Source of the DNA: Bdellovibrionales bacterium
GTDB taxonomy: Bacteria > Bdellovibrionota > UBA1018 > CAIMNF01
NCBI GenBank assembly: GCA_040380025.1
Contig: JBEIJY010000011.1
Location: forward strand, 1,077 to 65,076
Direction: 5' to 3'
Length of the DNA stretch: 64,000 nucleotides
The notes under the pieces are model-generated. The model did no database searches and was not told the origin of the DNA. It saw only the letters and a program-made list of their open reading frames with translations. A program made the translations under genes and the position numbers. This document shows, piece by piece, positions 33,234-42,443 of the stretch (positions within the stretch are counted from its first letter, which is position 1; each line of letters starts with the position of its first letter).

Positions 33234-33788
33234 ATGAAATCTGCCCTGAAAATTTTGCTTTTTTCGATTCTTCTCCCGGGGTGCATGTCGGCCTATTTGA
33301 AGTCCGTGGGCGGGGACGCAGATCGGGTCCATTCCCGGATTTTTGTGACGGATTTCATGGTCGCCTGGAAAGGCGCTCTCGATGCGCTGAAGGCTGTGCC
33401 CATGGAGGTCGTCAACCGTGAAAACGGCACCATCCAGACCCAGTGGGTGGACAATACCGCCGACCGGAATCTGATCGAAGCGGCCGGGTCCGTGAATCCT
33501 TACTTGAAGGCGCAGTATCGATTCCAGGTGACGCTTTCCAAAGGCATTTACAACGGAGCCCCCTCGGTCAAAGTGACGGTACAAAAAGAGCAACAGGTTC
33601 AGCGCGATGTGCTGGAGGGGTGGATCCATCAGCCGAGCGACGGGATCCAAGAGAATTCACTGTTGTATCGTATCGGCCGGGTGATCGAAATCGCCCTGAG
33701 AATCCAGGATCTCGAGAATCAGCGACTGAAAGCTCATCTTCCCAAATTGGAGCCGGAATCGGAGCGTGTTCCCGAAGAGGTCCGCTGA
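33234..33788 (+). CDS. lipoprotein, function unknown
   Basis: Signal peptide with lipobox LLPGC. Confidence 0.6.
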   Translation: MKSALKILLFSILLPGCMSAYLKSVGGDADRVHSRIFVTDFMVAWKGALDALKAVPMEVVNRENGTIQTQWVDNTADRNLIEAAGSVNPYLKAQYRFQVTLSKGIYNGAPSVKVTVQKEQQVQRDVLEGWIHQPSDGIQENSLLYRIGRVIEIALRIQDLENQRLKAHLPKLEPESERVPEEVR

Positions 33789-34940
33789 TCAGGAATTGAG
33801 AAGGTTTTCGAACTCCTTCAGGAGTTCTTCGTCGGTCTTGGCGGCCAAGGCTTCGGTTTTGTTCTCGGCAGCGGGAGTCACGGCTTCGGGTGCCGGAGCA
33901 GGTGCCGGTGTTGCTTCTGGAGCCTTTGCTTCGGCGGCAGGTGCGGTTTCGAGGCTGGTTTGCACCGAGCCCACCAGATTCTCGAACTCGTCTTTTCCGG
34001 TCGCAGGAGGAGTCGCAACCGCCGGAGCAGGGGCCGGAGCCGGATCTTGCGCGGCGGGAGGAGCGGCTGTTTCGGGCGGTGTGGCGGGTTTGCCCGCCAG
34101 GAGCGCATCGATGGCGGCCTGATCGAGCGGTGTTTCTGCCGGTTTTGCCTCGGCTTCGGGCGCCGAGTCTGGCACTGATGCCGGCACCGAATCGGGTACT
34201 GGATCCGGCACTACGGTCAGAGTCGGAGCGGGTGCGGGTTCTGGAGCGGGCGCAGCCGCGGGAGTAGGAGCGGGATTGGGAGCAGGAGTAGGAGCGGCAG
34301 AAAAATTCGACCCGAGTTCTTCGAGCTTCTTTTTCAGCTGCTGGTTCTCTTGCTGAAGTCGCTTCAGGTTTGCAAGGTCATCCTCGAACAAAGAATATTC
34401 CTCGAGACGGGCTTCGAGCTCTTTCACCTTGCGGGCAAGATCATCCGATCCTGCTCCGCCGCCTGCGGCCTGCAGTGATTTCTGATTCTGCCGGAGCGAC
34501 TCGATTTCTTCGAGAAGTTTGGTTTTTTCGACGTTGATGTTCACCACGATGCTCTCTTTTTCAGAAAGCTGGGCTTGCAGGGCCTTCAGGCGTTCTTCGA
34601 GCTCGGAGGGGACGGCTGATCCGAGGTTCAGGATCGAAGGGCCGCTTTCGGCTCCCGCTTCTTTCGTGCGCGGAGCTGTGGGTGCGGCGGACTGATCGCC
34701 CGCGGTTCCGCCGTTCATCAGGCCGAACAGTTGGGTGCGCACAAACTGCGCTTCGTCGATCAGCTGGTTCAAATACACTTTCACCACGGATGCGGGGATT
34801 TGGTTCCGTGCGGCTCCGAGCCTGCGTTTTTTGATCACCCACTGGTAGCAATACATCGCAAGGAGCGTGAACAGGGTCGCGGCGCTCAACAACAGGACCT
34901 CTTCCGTGAATTTCGAATAGAGATACATGAATGATGACAT
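33789..34940 (-). CDS. membrane-anchored coiled-coil protein with Pro/Ala-rich low-complexity C-terminal half
   Basis: ATG 34940 preceded by AGGAGG. One N-terminal TM, heptad-like central region and (A/P/T/E) repeats. Confidence 0.6.
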   Translation of the reverse strand: MSSFMYLYSKFTEEVLLLSAATLFTLLAMYCYQWVIKKRRLGAARNQIPASVVKVYLNQLIDEAQFVRTQLFGLMNGGTAGDQSAAPTAPRTKEAGAESGPSILNLGSAVPSELEERLKALQAQLSEKESIVVNINVEKTKLLEEIESLRQNQKSLQAAGGGAGSDDLARKVKELEARLEEYSLFEDDLANLKRLQQENQQLKKKLEELGSNFSAAPTPAPNPAPTPAAAPAPEPAPAPTLTVVPDPVPDSVPASVPDSAPEAEAKPAETPLDQAAIDALLAGKPATPPETAAPPAAQDPAPAPAPAVATPPATGKDEFENLVGSVQTSLETAPAAEAKAPEATPAPAPAPEAVTPAAENKTEALAAKTDEELLKEFENLLNS

Positions 34941-35081
34941 GCTTGAAGGCCCCTCCTGGACCGGTAATCCCGTTTCTATTATTGTACGAAACAACCCGTG
35001 CTGGTGTCAAACCGCAGGGAGGGTCAGGAGCTTGACGAAAACCATGGACGAGGCCCTATAAAATGGGTTTAAATCGCGGCC

Positions 35082-35864
35082 ATGCGACATCAAGAACATT
35101 GGTTGGCCGGAGCGGTCGAAGCGGCCTTTCGGGCCGGAGCTGTGATCCGGAAGTATTACACAAAGCCGATCCGCGTCCGCGAGAAGGGCAAGCTCGGACT
35201 GGTCACGAATGCCGATGTCGAGGCCGAGCTCGCGGCGCTGAAGATCCTGAAGAAATGCGCGCCCACGTTTGAGTTCCTGTCAGAAGAGACACACTCCCAA
35301 GGCGTTCGCACCGAGGGGCAAGATGGGCTCTGGATCGTGGACCCCTTGGACGGAACCACGAATTTTGTGCATCGATTCCCCATGTTCTGCGTGAACATCG
35401 CGCTCTGGCATCGCGATCAGATCGAAATCGCGGTCACGTACCACCCCATTTTGGACGAGCTGTACACGGCGATTCGCGGCAAGGGCGCATTCGTGAACAA
35501 AAAGCGAATGCACGTTTCGAAGACCTCACGCATCCGCGATGCGCTTCTTTCGACCGGGTTCGCCTACTCGGCGAGCGACAGCCTTTCGGCCGAGATGCCC
35601 TCGTTCGAGCGGGTCAGTCGCGGGGCTCGTGCTGTTCGGCGCCCGGGCAGCGCCGCGCTCGATCTTGCCTACACCGCGCGCGGAGTCTTTGATGGCTTCT
35701 GGGAGCGCAATCTCGCGCCCTGGGATACTGCCGCAGGGATGCTGCTCGTCCGCGAGGCCGGAGGTCGCGTCACAGATTTTGCCAACGGAACATTCGACGG
35801 CTTCCAGCGAGAAATTCTAGCCTCGAACGGCGCGCTCCACGGAGCGATCCGGCGATTGATCTAA
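35082..35864 (+). CDS. suhB: inositol monophosphatase family protein
   Basis: WIVDPLDGTTNF and WDTAAG motifs. Confidence 0.85.
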   Translation: MRHQEHWLAGAVEAAFRAGAVIRKYYTKPIRVREKGKLGLVTNADVEAELAALKILKKCAPTFEFLSEETHSQGVRTEGQDGLWIVDPLDGTTNFVHRFPMFCVNIALWHRDQIEIAVTYHPILDELYTAIRGKGAFVNKKRMHVSKTSRIRDALLSTGFAYSASDSLSAEMPSFERVSRGARAVRRPGSAALDLAYTARGVFDGFWERNLAPWDTAAGMLLVREAGGRVTDFANGTFDGFQREILASNGALHGAIRRLI

Positions 35865-35879
35865 GAGATCGGACGAGGT

Positions 35880-36275
35880 TTACTCGCGGTACCAGCAGTA
35901 AAACGCATCGGTTCTCTTGATCAGGGATCCGTTGCGGTAGCTTGCGATGGTGAAATAATTGTAGCGGTCGGACTTCTCGCGCTCGAGATAGTGGCGTACG
36001 GGTTTGTTCGTCGCCGTCTCTTCGAACAGGAAGATTTCATCGGCATCGATGCTGCTGTTGTTGCTCTTTTCGACCGCTTCGGCCGGGGAGTCATTCACCA
36101 TGGTGTAGGCGGTCCGTACCGTCAAATCGTGATTCCGGTAGTCATCCTGGATGGTGATCTTCTGGATTCGAGTGTCGATCTCTCCGGGCACAACGCAGGT
36201 CAGAGTCTGATCCTGCCCTGCAAGAGCTTGGGCCGATGTAAGAACGAGAACGGCGAGAGAAAGGAGTGTTTTCAT
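35880..36275 (-). CDS. small secreted two-Cys protein, paralogue A
   Basis: Signal peptide MKTLLSLAVLVLTSAQALA. Shares ETL.C / SNNSI..D.IFLF / F.C with 36334..36717. Confidence 0.55.
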   Translation of the reverse strand: MKTLLSLAVLVLTSAQALAGQDQTLTCVVPGEIDTRIQKITIQDDYRNHDLTVRTAYTMVNDSPAEAVEKSNNSSIDADEIFLFEETATNKPVRHYLEREKSDRYNYFTIASYRNGSLIKRTDAFYCWYRE

Positions 36276-36284
36276 AGTGGACTC

Positions 36285-36314
36285 TTTCTATCAGAATATA
36301 ACGCAGCAAGTCAA
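36285..36314 (-). promoter_or_regulatory. candidate promoter TTGACT-18-TAGAAA, 9 nt before ATG 36275
   Basis: Read from the minus strand. Weak -10. Confidence 0.3.
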
Positions 36315-36333
36315 GTGAGAAGAACGCCACTGA

Positions 36334-36717
36334 CTACTGGATGGAGCAAGAAAAACTCTCGCTGACGCGGACCCGACGGCCCTCTGAAACGCTCTCCAGG
36401 TGATATTGACCAGAGGCCTCGCGAACCAGAAAGGTTTCGACCCCGCTTTGGCCGATGTTCAAGCTCGATTGAAACAGAAAAATCCGGTCTGAACGAATTG
36501 AGTTGTTGCTGCTTTGGTACAGGGTGACCTCATGATGATCAGGCTGGATCATACGGGTTACCGCCTCAATCTGGCCCTCCAGATCGGTCGCTTCGACGGC
36601 GATCGACTTCACGAGGAAGTTGGTTTGGCTCAGGTCGCAAACCAGGGTCTCATTCGGAGTGGCAAAGGCGGGGAGGGCGAAAACAGTGAAACCGGCGAGG
36701 AGGAATAAAGTTTTCAT
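36334..36717 (-). CDS. small secreted two-Cys protein, paralogue B
   Basis: ORF trimmed to ATG 36717. Signal peptide MKTLFLLAGFTVFALPAFA. Confidence 0.55.
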   Translation of the reverse strand: MKTLFLLAGFTVFALPAFATPNETLVCDLSQTNFLVKSIAVEATDLEGQIEAVTRMIQPDHHEVTLYQSSNNSIRSDRIFLFQSSLNIGQSGVETFLVREASGQYHLESVSEGRRVRVSESFSCSIQ

Positions 36718-36724
36718 AACGCGC

Positions 36725-36753
36725 TGTGTATCAGGGGGCGCATGATTCTGCAA
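36725..36753 (-). promoter_or_regulatory. candidate promoter TTGCAG-17-TACACA, 7 nt before ATG 36717
   Basis: Read from the minus strand. Weak -10. Confidence 0.3.
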
Positions 36754-36766
36754 GAGGAATCAGGAT

Positions 36767-37666
36767 TCAGTGGCGGGCGACCAGAGCGCTGAACCCCTGC
36801 GCGAGCTTCCGGGTAATCGGCCCGGCCTTGCCGTTTCCGACCGTTTTGCCGTTCAGGCCAAGCACCGGCAGGACCTCTTTAATCGAGCTCGTCACGAACA
36901 CCTCGTCGGCCCGATACAGGTATTCGGGCGGGTAGCGCACCTCGCGACAGGGAATTCGATTCTCGATGCAGAGGTCAATCACCGCTCTGCGGGTGATTCC
37001 GTCCAAAATCCCGACATCGAGGGGGGCCGTGGCCACGATTCCGCGGTTCACATAAAACACGTTGTAGGTCGTGCCTTCGGTCACAAACCCCTGCTGGTCG
37101 ACCATCAGGGCATCGTCGAAGCCGTCTTTGGCCGCAGAGAGATACGCAAGAAGGCTGTTCAGGTAGTTCCCGGACTTCATTGCAGGATCCAGCGCCTTCG
37201 GGTGATTCCGGATGCGGCTTGAAATCTGAAGCTTCGTGCCCTTTTCGAACGGCGGGTTCGGGAACATCGAGAGCGGTTCGACGAGAATCACATACAAAGT
37301 GGGGGTTTCGAGGTTCTTCAGGCCGAACCCGATCTTCCCGCTCCCTCGCGAGACGACAATCCGCGCATATACTTCTTCTTGCCCCTTGCCGGGCTGGGCC
37401 CGATACGCGTCGATCGTTCTTAAGATTTCGCGTTCGTACTCGGCGGTGGGCTGAGAAAGCTCCATCTGGCAGAGGCGGGCCGACAGTTCCATGCGCTCCA
37501 GGTGCTCCTTCAGCCGGAAGGGCCTGCCGTGGTAGGTCCGGACCACCTCGTACAGGCTGTCCCCGTACAGAAAACTCCTGTCAAAAACAGAGACTTTTGC
37601 CTCGTCTACCGGTATCATTTGGCCGTTTACATTGATGAGGGTTCCCCGAGTGTTCATGCCCCCCAT
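36767..37666 (-). CDS. class IV aminotransferase (branched-chain/D-amino-acid aminotransferase family)
   Basis: Fold-type IV motifs (EGTTYNVFYV, GILDGITR). Start is 37666 or 37657. Confidence 0.85.
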   Translation of the reverse strand: MGGMNTRGTLINVNGQMIPVDEAKVSVFDRSFLYGDSLYEVVRTYHGRPFRLKEHLERMELSARLCQMELSQPTAEYEREILRTIDAYRAQPGKGQEEVYARIVVSRGSGKIGFGLKNLETPTLYVILVEPLSMFPNPPFEKGTKLQISSRIRNHPKALDPAMKSGNYLNSLLAYLSAAKDGFDDALMVDQQGFVTEGTTYNVFYVNRGIVATAPLDVGILDGITRRAVIDLCIENRIPCREVRYPPEYLYRADEVFVTSSIKEVLPVLGLNGKTVGNGKAGPITRKLAQGFSALVARH

Positions 37667-37689
37667 CCTAGCAGGTTTATGAGAGTTCT

Positions 37690-38967
37690 ATGATCGAAAA
37701 TTCAGAGTCCCTCTTGCCCTCCGGCACCCTCGTCGCGCTCACTTTGGGTGTCGAAACTGAGTCCTTGAACGAGCTCGACCGGCTCCTCGACACGCTGTCG
37801 GTCAAGACCGGAATCCGCGTCGAGGCTCCCGTGCGCAAAATCGTCGCCGGAACGTATTTCGGCACCGGCAAGCTCGATGAAGTCCGGCTCATGGCCGAGG
37901 CGGCCGATCCGAAGATCGATCTGTTCGTCTTGGATGTCGACCTGACTCCGCGCCAGCTCCAGAACATCGAAAAAATTCTCTGCCGTCCGGTCATCGATCG
38001 CACGGGTGTGATTCTCGAAATCTTCTCGCGTCATGCAAAGACCCGCGAGGCGAAGACCCAAGTGGAACTCGCCAAGCTCCAGTATGTGCTTCCGCGCCTC
38101 GCGCATTTGTGGAACCACTTCGAACGCCAGCGGGGCGGGGGAGTCGGCAACAAGGGAATGGGCGAGAAACAGCTCGAAGTCGACCGCCGGCTCGTCAAGC
38201 GACGCATCCAGATTCTTCGCGATCGGCTTCGCGAGATCGAAAAAGACCGGGCCGTCCGGCGCGGATCGCGCGAGGATTTGCTGAAGGTCGCCCTCGTTGG
38301 CTACACGAACGCGGGGAAGTCCACTTTGTTGAACGCCCTGACCGAGAGCAATGTCCTGGCCGAGGACAAACTCTTCGCCACGCTCGATTCGACCGTTCGG
38401 GCGCTGAACCCCGACAGTCATCCTCCGGTGGTGGCGATCGACACGGTGGGGTTCATCAGCCGGATTCCGACCGATCTCATCGCCTCGTTTCGCTCCACGC
38501 TCGAAGAAATCCACGAGGCGGATCTCATCCTTCATGTCGTCGATGCCTCTTCGGGGCGCGCCCGCGAGCAGTTCGAGACCACGCAAGAGGTCCTGAAGGA
38601 GCTCGGCTGTGAGGGCAAAGAGACGATGGTCGTTTTGAACAAGGCCGATTTGTTGAATACCCCTGCGGCCCTCAATCAGGCGCGAATCGCCGTTCCGGGC
38701 GCGATCCGCATTTCGGCATTCGACCGCGAGGCGGTCGTGCAGTTTCGCGAGAAGATCCTCGATCATTTTCGCGGTCGGATGGAGTCGTGGGACCTGTTGA
38801 TTCCCTACCACGAAGGAAAGCTCGAGGCGAAGATCCGCGAGTTCGGCACGATCCGGAATTCGCGCTACCTCGAGAAAGGGATTTTTCTGCAAGTGATGCT
38901 CGATTCGTCGATCGCGCAAAAGCTCGGCGTGCGTCGCTTTGCGATGGCCAAGCAGGAGGCGATATGA
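37690..38967 (+). CDS. hflX: GTPase HflX
   Basis: HflX N-domain plus G-domain GYTNAGKSTL, DTVGFI, NKAD. Confidence 0.95.
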   Translation: MIENSESLLPSGTLVALTLGVETESLNELDRLLDTLSVKTGIRVEAPVRKIVAGTYFGTGKLDEVRLMAEAADPKIDLFVLDVDLTPRQLQNIEKILCRPVIDRTGVILEIFSRHAKTREAKTQVELAKLQYVLPRLAHLWNHFERQRGGGVGNKGMGEKQLEVDRRLVKRRIQILRDRLREIEKDRAVRRGSREDLLKVALVGYTNAGKSTLLNALTESNVLAEDKLFATLDSTVRALNPDSHPPVVAIDTVGFISRIPTDLIASFRSTLEEIHEADLILHVVDASSGRAREQFETTQEVLKELGCEGKETMVVLNKADLLNTPAALNQARIAVPGAIRISAFDREAVVQFREKILDHFRGRMESWDLLIPYHEGKLEAKIREFGTIRNSRYLEKGIFLQVMLDSSIAQKLGVRRFAMAKQEAI

Positions 38968-39881
38968 AGGCGTGGGTCCGGATTGCGCTTGCGCTCCTGA
39001 TCGCGCTTCCGGTGGAGGCCGCGGAGTTCCGCACTCCCGCAAGGAGATACAGCGGCGCATACAGCATCAAGGTGACGCTCGTGCAACAAGGTCAGAAGAT
39101 CGTGATTCCCGTTTGGGTCAAACCCGATCAAGAAAAAAGCACGCTCGACCCGGGCCAGATTGTCTATACTGGGTGGGATACGAGAACCTCGAAGGCCGAA
39201 GAGGTGATTCTCTCGGGGGTGAGCATCGGTCCCCGGCAGTTCGCTTGGGCCCGCTCCGATTGGGCGGTGGCGCCGGAGTACCCGAAGAACTGCTGTTTCG
39301 GGGTGATCGGGCGCGACATCCTCGATCGCTTCAAGCTTCGCTTTGTTCCCGGTGATCCATCCCACATCGAGTGGGTGGAGCAGGCCGAGAAACCCGGCAT
39401 CCCCCTGCAAAAGCGCGCCCGCAAAAAAGCCGATTTCGAAAAGAGCCTCGCCGCGCTGTTTTCCCTCCGCTCCGAGATTGTCCGAGTAAGCGGGAGTCGC
39501 TATGATCTTTCGGTCACCCCGTTCGAGGTCGATTTCACACAAGCCCGGCTGAGCTTCGACGGCGCCCCCTTCGAACCGCGTGTGGCAAAGGCGAATCCGG
39601 TGTTTCAGTTTGAGTTTTCTTCGTTCGGACGCGATCTCGAGGTGAAGGGCCTTCATGGCGCGAATCAAGGCCTCGCAAAAGATCTTGGCTTCTTTTCGGG
39701 AACCAGGGTGCTCGAGCTTGACGGCAGGCCCGTCTCGGGCATGACCCGGCAGGAAATCGAGTCGATTTTGCATGGTCGAAAAGGAAAACGCGTTGAAATC
39801 AGCTTCTGGAAAGACAACGGCAGGGGTGGCAAGAACCGGATCGTTTTTGATTTCGACAAAAATGTCTTCACGAAGCCTTGA
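38964..39881 (+). CDS. secreted retropepsin-like / PDZ domain protein
   Basis: ATGA overlap with the hflX stop. Signal peptide MKAWVRIALALLIALPVEA. GVIGRDILDRFKLRF is retropepsin-like. C-terminal PDZ-like G..VLELDGRPV. Confidence 0.6.
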   Translation: MKAWVRIALALLIALPVEAAEFRTPARRYSGAYSIKVTLVQQGQKIVIPVWVKPDQEKSTLDPGQIVYTGWDTRTSKAEEVILSGVSIGPRQFAWARSDWAVAPEYPKNCCFGVIGRDILDRFKLRFVPGDPSHIEWVEQAEKPGIPLQKRARKKADFEKSLAALFSLRSEIVRVSGSRYDLSVTPFEVDFTQARLSFDGAPFEPRVAKANPVFQFEFSSFGRDLEVKGLHGANQGLAKDLGFFSGTRVLELDGRPVSGMTRQEIESILHGRKGKRVEISFWKDNGRGGKNRIVFDFDKNVFTKP

Positions 39882-40629
39882 CCGGTATCGCGTCCTTCTT
39901 GTTGGAACGAAGTTTCCGGGGAATCTCGGCTCGGTGGCGCGCCTTCTCGAGAACTTCTCGGTGTCGGATGCGGGACTCGTCGCCCCCCGGTGCGACTGGC
40001 AAGAGGGAGTCGCGCAGTGGATGGCGACCCGTTCCTCGCGCGAGCGTCTGGCCTCGATTCCCCTGTATGAATCCCTGGCCGCAGCCATTGCCGATTGTTC
40101 GACGGTGGTGGGGTTCACCTCCCGCTCAGGGAAGACTCGGAAGATCTCGCTCTCACTCGAACAGATCCCTTCGCTTACTGGCTCGGTTACTGGCTCGCCT
40201 GACGGCTCGGTTGCCGGCGGAAAAGTCGCGCTCGTGTTCGGGCGCGAGGACCTGTGCCTGTTCGACGAAGAAGTCGAGCTTTGCACCCATCTTTGCGCAC
40301 TCGACTCGAGCCCGGGGTTTCCTGCATTGAATCTAAGCCACGCGGTCGCCGTGGTGTTGTCGAGGCTGTATTCCGAAGAATCCGCCCCCAAAAAACAGCC
40401 ATCCGCGGGCGTTGCCATGGCCGAGCTCGAGCCCATGCTCCGGCATCTCGAAGAAGCGCTTCTTGCGCTCGGGTACCGGGGCGAGGGAAACCCCGCACGG
40501 GTGCTGTCGAAGTTCCGGAAGATCTTCCAGCGGGCGGGGCTTCAGCGTGGCGAGATCGCGCTTCTTCGGGGCTTGTGTCAGAACATCTTGCGCGCTACCG
40601 CGAGCGAAGAACGCGATCGGTCGCTTTGA
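39862..40629 (+). CDS. SpoU/TrmH-family RNA 2'-O-methyltransferase (TrmJ-like)
   Basis: RVLLVGTKFPGNLGSVARLLENF and C-terminal LNLSHAVAVV motifs. Start ATG 39862 overlaps the upstream gene. Confidence 0.8.
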   Translation: MSSRSLDRYRVLLVGTKFPGNLGSVARLLENFSVSDAGLVAPRCDWQEGVAQWMATRSSRERLASIPLYESLAAAIADCSTVVGFTSRSGKTRKISLSLEQIPSLTGSVTGSPDGSVAGGKVALVFGREDLCLFDEEVELCTHLCALDSSPGFPALNLSHAVAVVLSRLYSEESAPKKQPSAGVAMAELEPMLRHLEEALLALGYRGEGNPARVLSKFRKIFQRAGLQRGEIALLRGLCQNILRATASEERDRSL

Positions 40630-41107
40630 TTGCGATCCCGGGCTCGAATCCGCTTGCGAGGAGTTTTTGCAAAAGCTTGTCGCGGATTTTTCTCTGGTCG
40701 TCGAGCTTCCGGATCGAGCCGCGCTCGAGGGTTTTCGCGGCGAGCGCCTCGGCGCGGGTGAGTTCCTCTTCGGGATCAAATTCGATTTTTCGGAATTCCT
40801 CCGAAAGTCCGCGCTCCTTCATTTTCTGCGCGACATAGCGTTTGCCCTTGTTCCGGCGTTGCAGATCCCGTTGCAGGATTCCCGCATAGCGGTCGTGGTC
40901 GATGATCCCCTTTTGCTGGCAATGGTCGAGCACGGCTTCGATCCACGCGAGGTGTTGGGGGAGCTCTTCTTCCTGCAGTTTGAATCCCCGGAGTTTGCGC
41001 AAAAAATAGGCCTTGAGTCGCGCCCGCGAGGTCTCGCGGCGCGAGCAATAATGATAGGCCAGATCGCGCCACCAGGCTTCGGTTCGGGGAGGCGCGCCCG
41101 TGCTCAC
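40595..41107 (-). CDS. recX: RecX-family regulatory protein
   Basis: Three-repeat helical pattern (A..Y...R..S...L...L ; G..D..RYA ; KG.RY....L..RG). GTGA overlap with the truB stop. Confidence 0.7.
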   Translation of the reverse strand: MSTGAPPRTEAWWRDLAYHYCSRRETSRARLKAYFLRKLRGFKLQEEELPQHLAWIEAVLDHCQQKGIIDHDRYAGILQRDLQRRNKGKRYVAQKMKERGLSEEFRKIEFDPEEELTRAEALAAKTLERGSIRKLDDQRKIRDKLLQKLLASGFEPGIAIKATDRVLRSR

Positions 41108-42066
41108 AAAAACACCCGCTGAAGCCGGTACTCCTGCCCCGCGGAGGCGCGCTCCAACAGCGCGACCGGATTTTGCTGAAGCCGCACCATCGCGTAGCGC
41201 CCCGGAAGATTCGCCCGGAATGCCCGCGATTTCAGCTCGTCGATGGCCTGTATGAGTCCTTGTCGGATTGCCCGCGCCTCGGAGTCGTTTGCAGAAACCG
41301 AGGGAACATGGCTTGCGAGCCGGTCGAGCGCGATATAGTTCGAGAGCGAGGAGGGAGAGGCACCCGATTCGATCGCGCTCACCGTGTCTGCGAGCGTGCG
41401 GGATTCCTCGATGCGCCGGTCGCTCGAGGCGGTCCTGCGAAGCGCGCTCAGGTGTGCAAGGGTACCCGCTTTTTTTGCAAGATCTGCGGCAAGGACCCGC
41501 ACGTAGGTGCCGCTCTCGCAGGCGACCTCGAACCCGAGCTCTTCGAAGGGCATTGCGATGTTCTCGGGCGCGCTCACGGTGAACGATTCGATGCTCTTCA
41601 GAATCGCTTCGCGTTCGACGACCGTGCCCTTGCGGGCAAGCTCATAGAGGGCCACGCCGTCGCGTTTTTTTGCCGAGTGCATCGGAGGAGTCTGAAGGTA
41701 GGGTCCGCGCACGAATTCCTGCGCCAAGGCCCGCCAGTCCGGAAGGGAGAGGGCAGAAACCGGCGCGTGCGCCGTGGGTTCGCCCGTCAGGTCGCCGGAA
41801 TCGGTCTCGATGCCCATGCGCATGATCCCGGTATAGGTCTTTTTGGAATGAAGGTAACAATCGGCGAGTTTTGTCGCTTCGCCGAACAAGACAATCAAAA
41901 CACCGGTCGCGAAAGGGTCCAGCGTGCCGCCGTGGCCGATCCGCAGCGGCTTTTCAGCCGCGCCCGAGCGGAGCAGGGCCCATTTGAGCTTGGTCACGAC
42001 CTCGCTCGAAGAGGCGCCTTCTGGCTTGTCGATGACAAACGCGCCCGAAACCGGAGTCGACATCAC
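41104..42066 (-). CDS. truB: tRNA pseudouridine(55) synthase
   Basis: GHGGTLDPFATGVL catalytic Asp motif. 320 aa. Confidence 0.95.
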   Translation of the reverse strand: MMSTPVSGAFVIDKPEGASSSEVVTKLKWALLRSGAAEKPLRIGHGGTLDPFATGVLIVLFGEATKLADCYLHSKKTYTGIMRMGIETDSGDLTGEPTAHAPVSALSLPDWRALAQEFVRGPYLQTPPMHSAKKRDGVALYELARKGTVVEREAILKSIESFTVSAPENIAMPFEELGFEVACESGTYVRVLAADLAKKAGTLAHLSALRRTASSDRRIEESRTLADTVSAIESGASPSSLSNYIALDRLASHVPSVSANDSEARAIRQGLIQAIDELKSRAFRANLPGRYAMVRLQQNPVALLERASAGQEYRLQRVFL

Positions 42067-42440
42067 GAGGAAGGTTTTTTCTCGTCCGAGATCTGCTTCA
42101 AAAGCTCATGCACGCGCAGGGTGTTTTCGAGCCCCTTGTCTTCGCGAAACAAAAACTCCGGCATGAATCGCAACTGCATCGTCTTCGAGATCGACCGCTT
42201 GATGTAGCCCTTGGCACGATCGAGACCGTGCAGGCATTCCGCCATCAGGTCCGGCTCGCCCTGGGTTTGATTCATCGAGATGAGCGAGATGTACACGGTC
42301 GCTTGTTTTGCGTCGCGGGTCAGCTCGACCTTGGTCACGGCGATCGACGGAATGCGCGGGTCTTTCAGCTCCTGATTGATCAGTAGCGAAAGCTCGTCCT
42401 TCATCATCGACTGGATGCGCTGGATTCGAATCGCGTCCAT
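42063..42440 (-). CDS. rbfA: ribosome-binding factor A
   Basis: ELKDPR...VT.VE.T.D...A.VY pattern. Overlaps truB by 4 nt. Confidence 0.9.
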   Translation of the reverse strand: MDAIRIQRIQSMMKDELSLLINQELKDPRIPSIAVTKVELTRDAKQATVYISLISMNQTQGEPDLMAECLHGLDRAKGYIKRSISKTMQLRFMPEFLFREDKGLENTLRVHELLKQISDEKKPSS

Positions 42441-42443
42441 GGC

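Noticed and set aside
33880-34330. Short quasi-periodic GC-rich DNA repeats (GGAGC(A/G)GG-like), considered as a possible CRISPR array or tandem repeat.
   Set aside because: They are imperfect, have no unique spacers, and are fully explained by the in-frame Pro/Ala/Thr-rich coding of the 33789..34940 protein. A similar pattern occurs in the infB N-terminus at 44700-45250.
37702-39060. Very long ORFs antisense to well-supported genes, for example 37702..39060(-), 38865..40436(-), 57640..59499(-), 62568..63965(+), 45431..46987(+), 43575..44948(+), 15872..16864(-), 13704..14732(+) and 52255..53340(-).
   Set aside because: They lie opposite genes with unmistakable conserved motifs (hflX, slt, prfC, nusA, infB, hppA, obg, pheS). 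Their translations are Arg/Gly/His/Asp-rich with no motifs. Such shadow ORFs are expected in stop-codon-poor GC-rich DNA.
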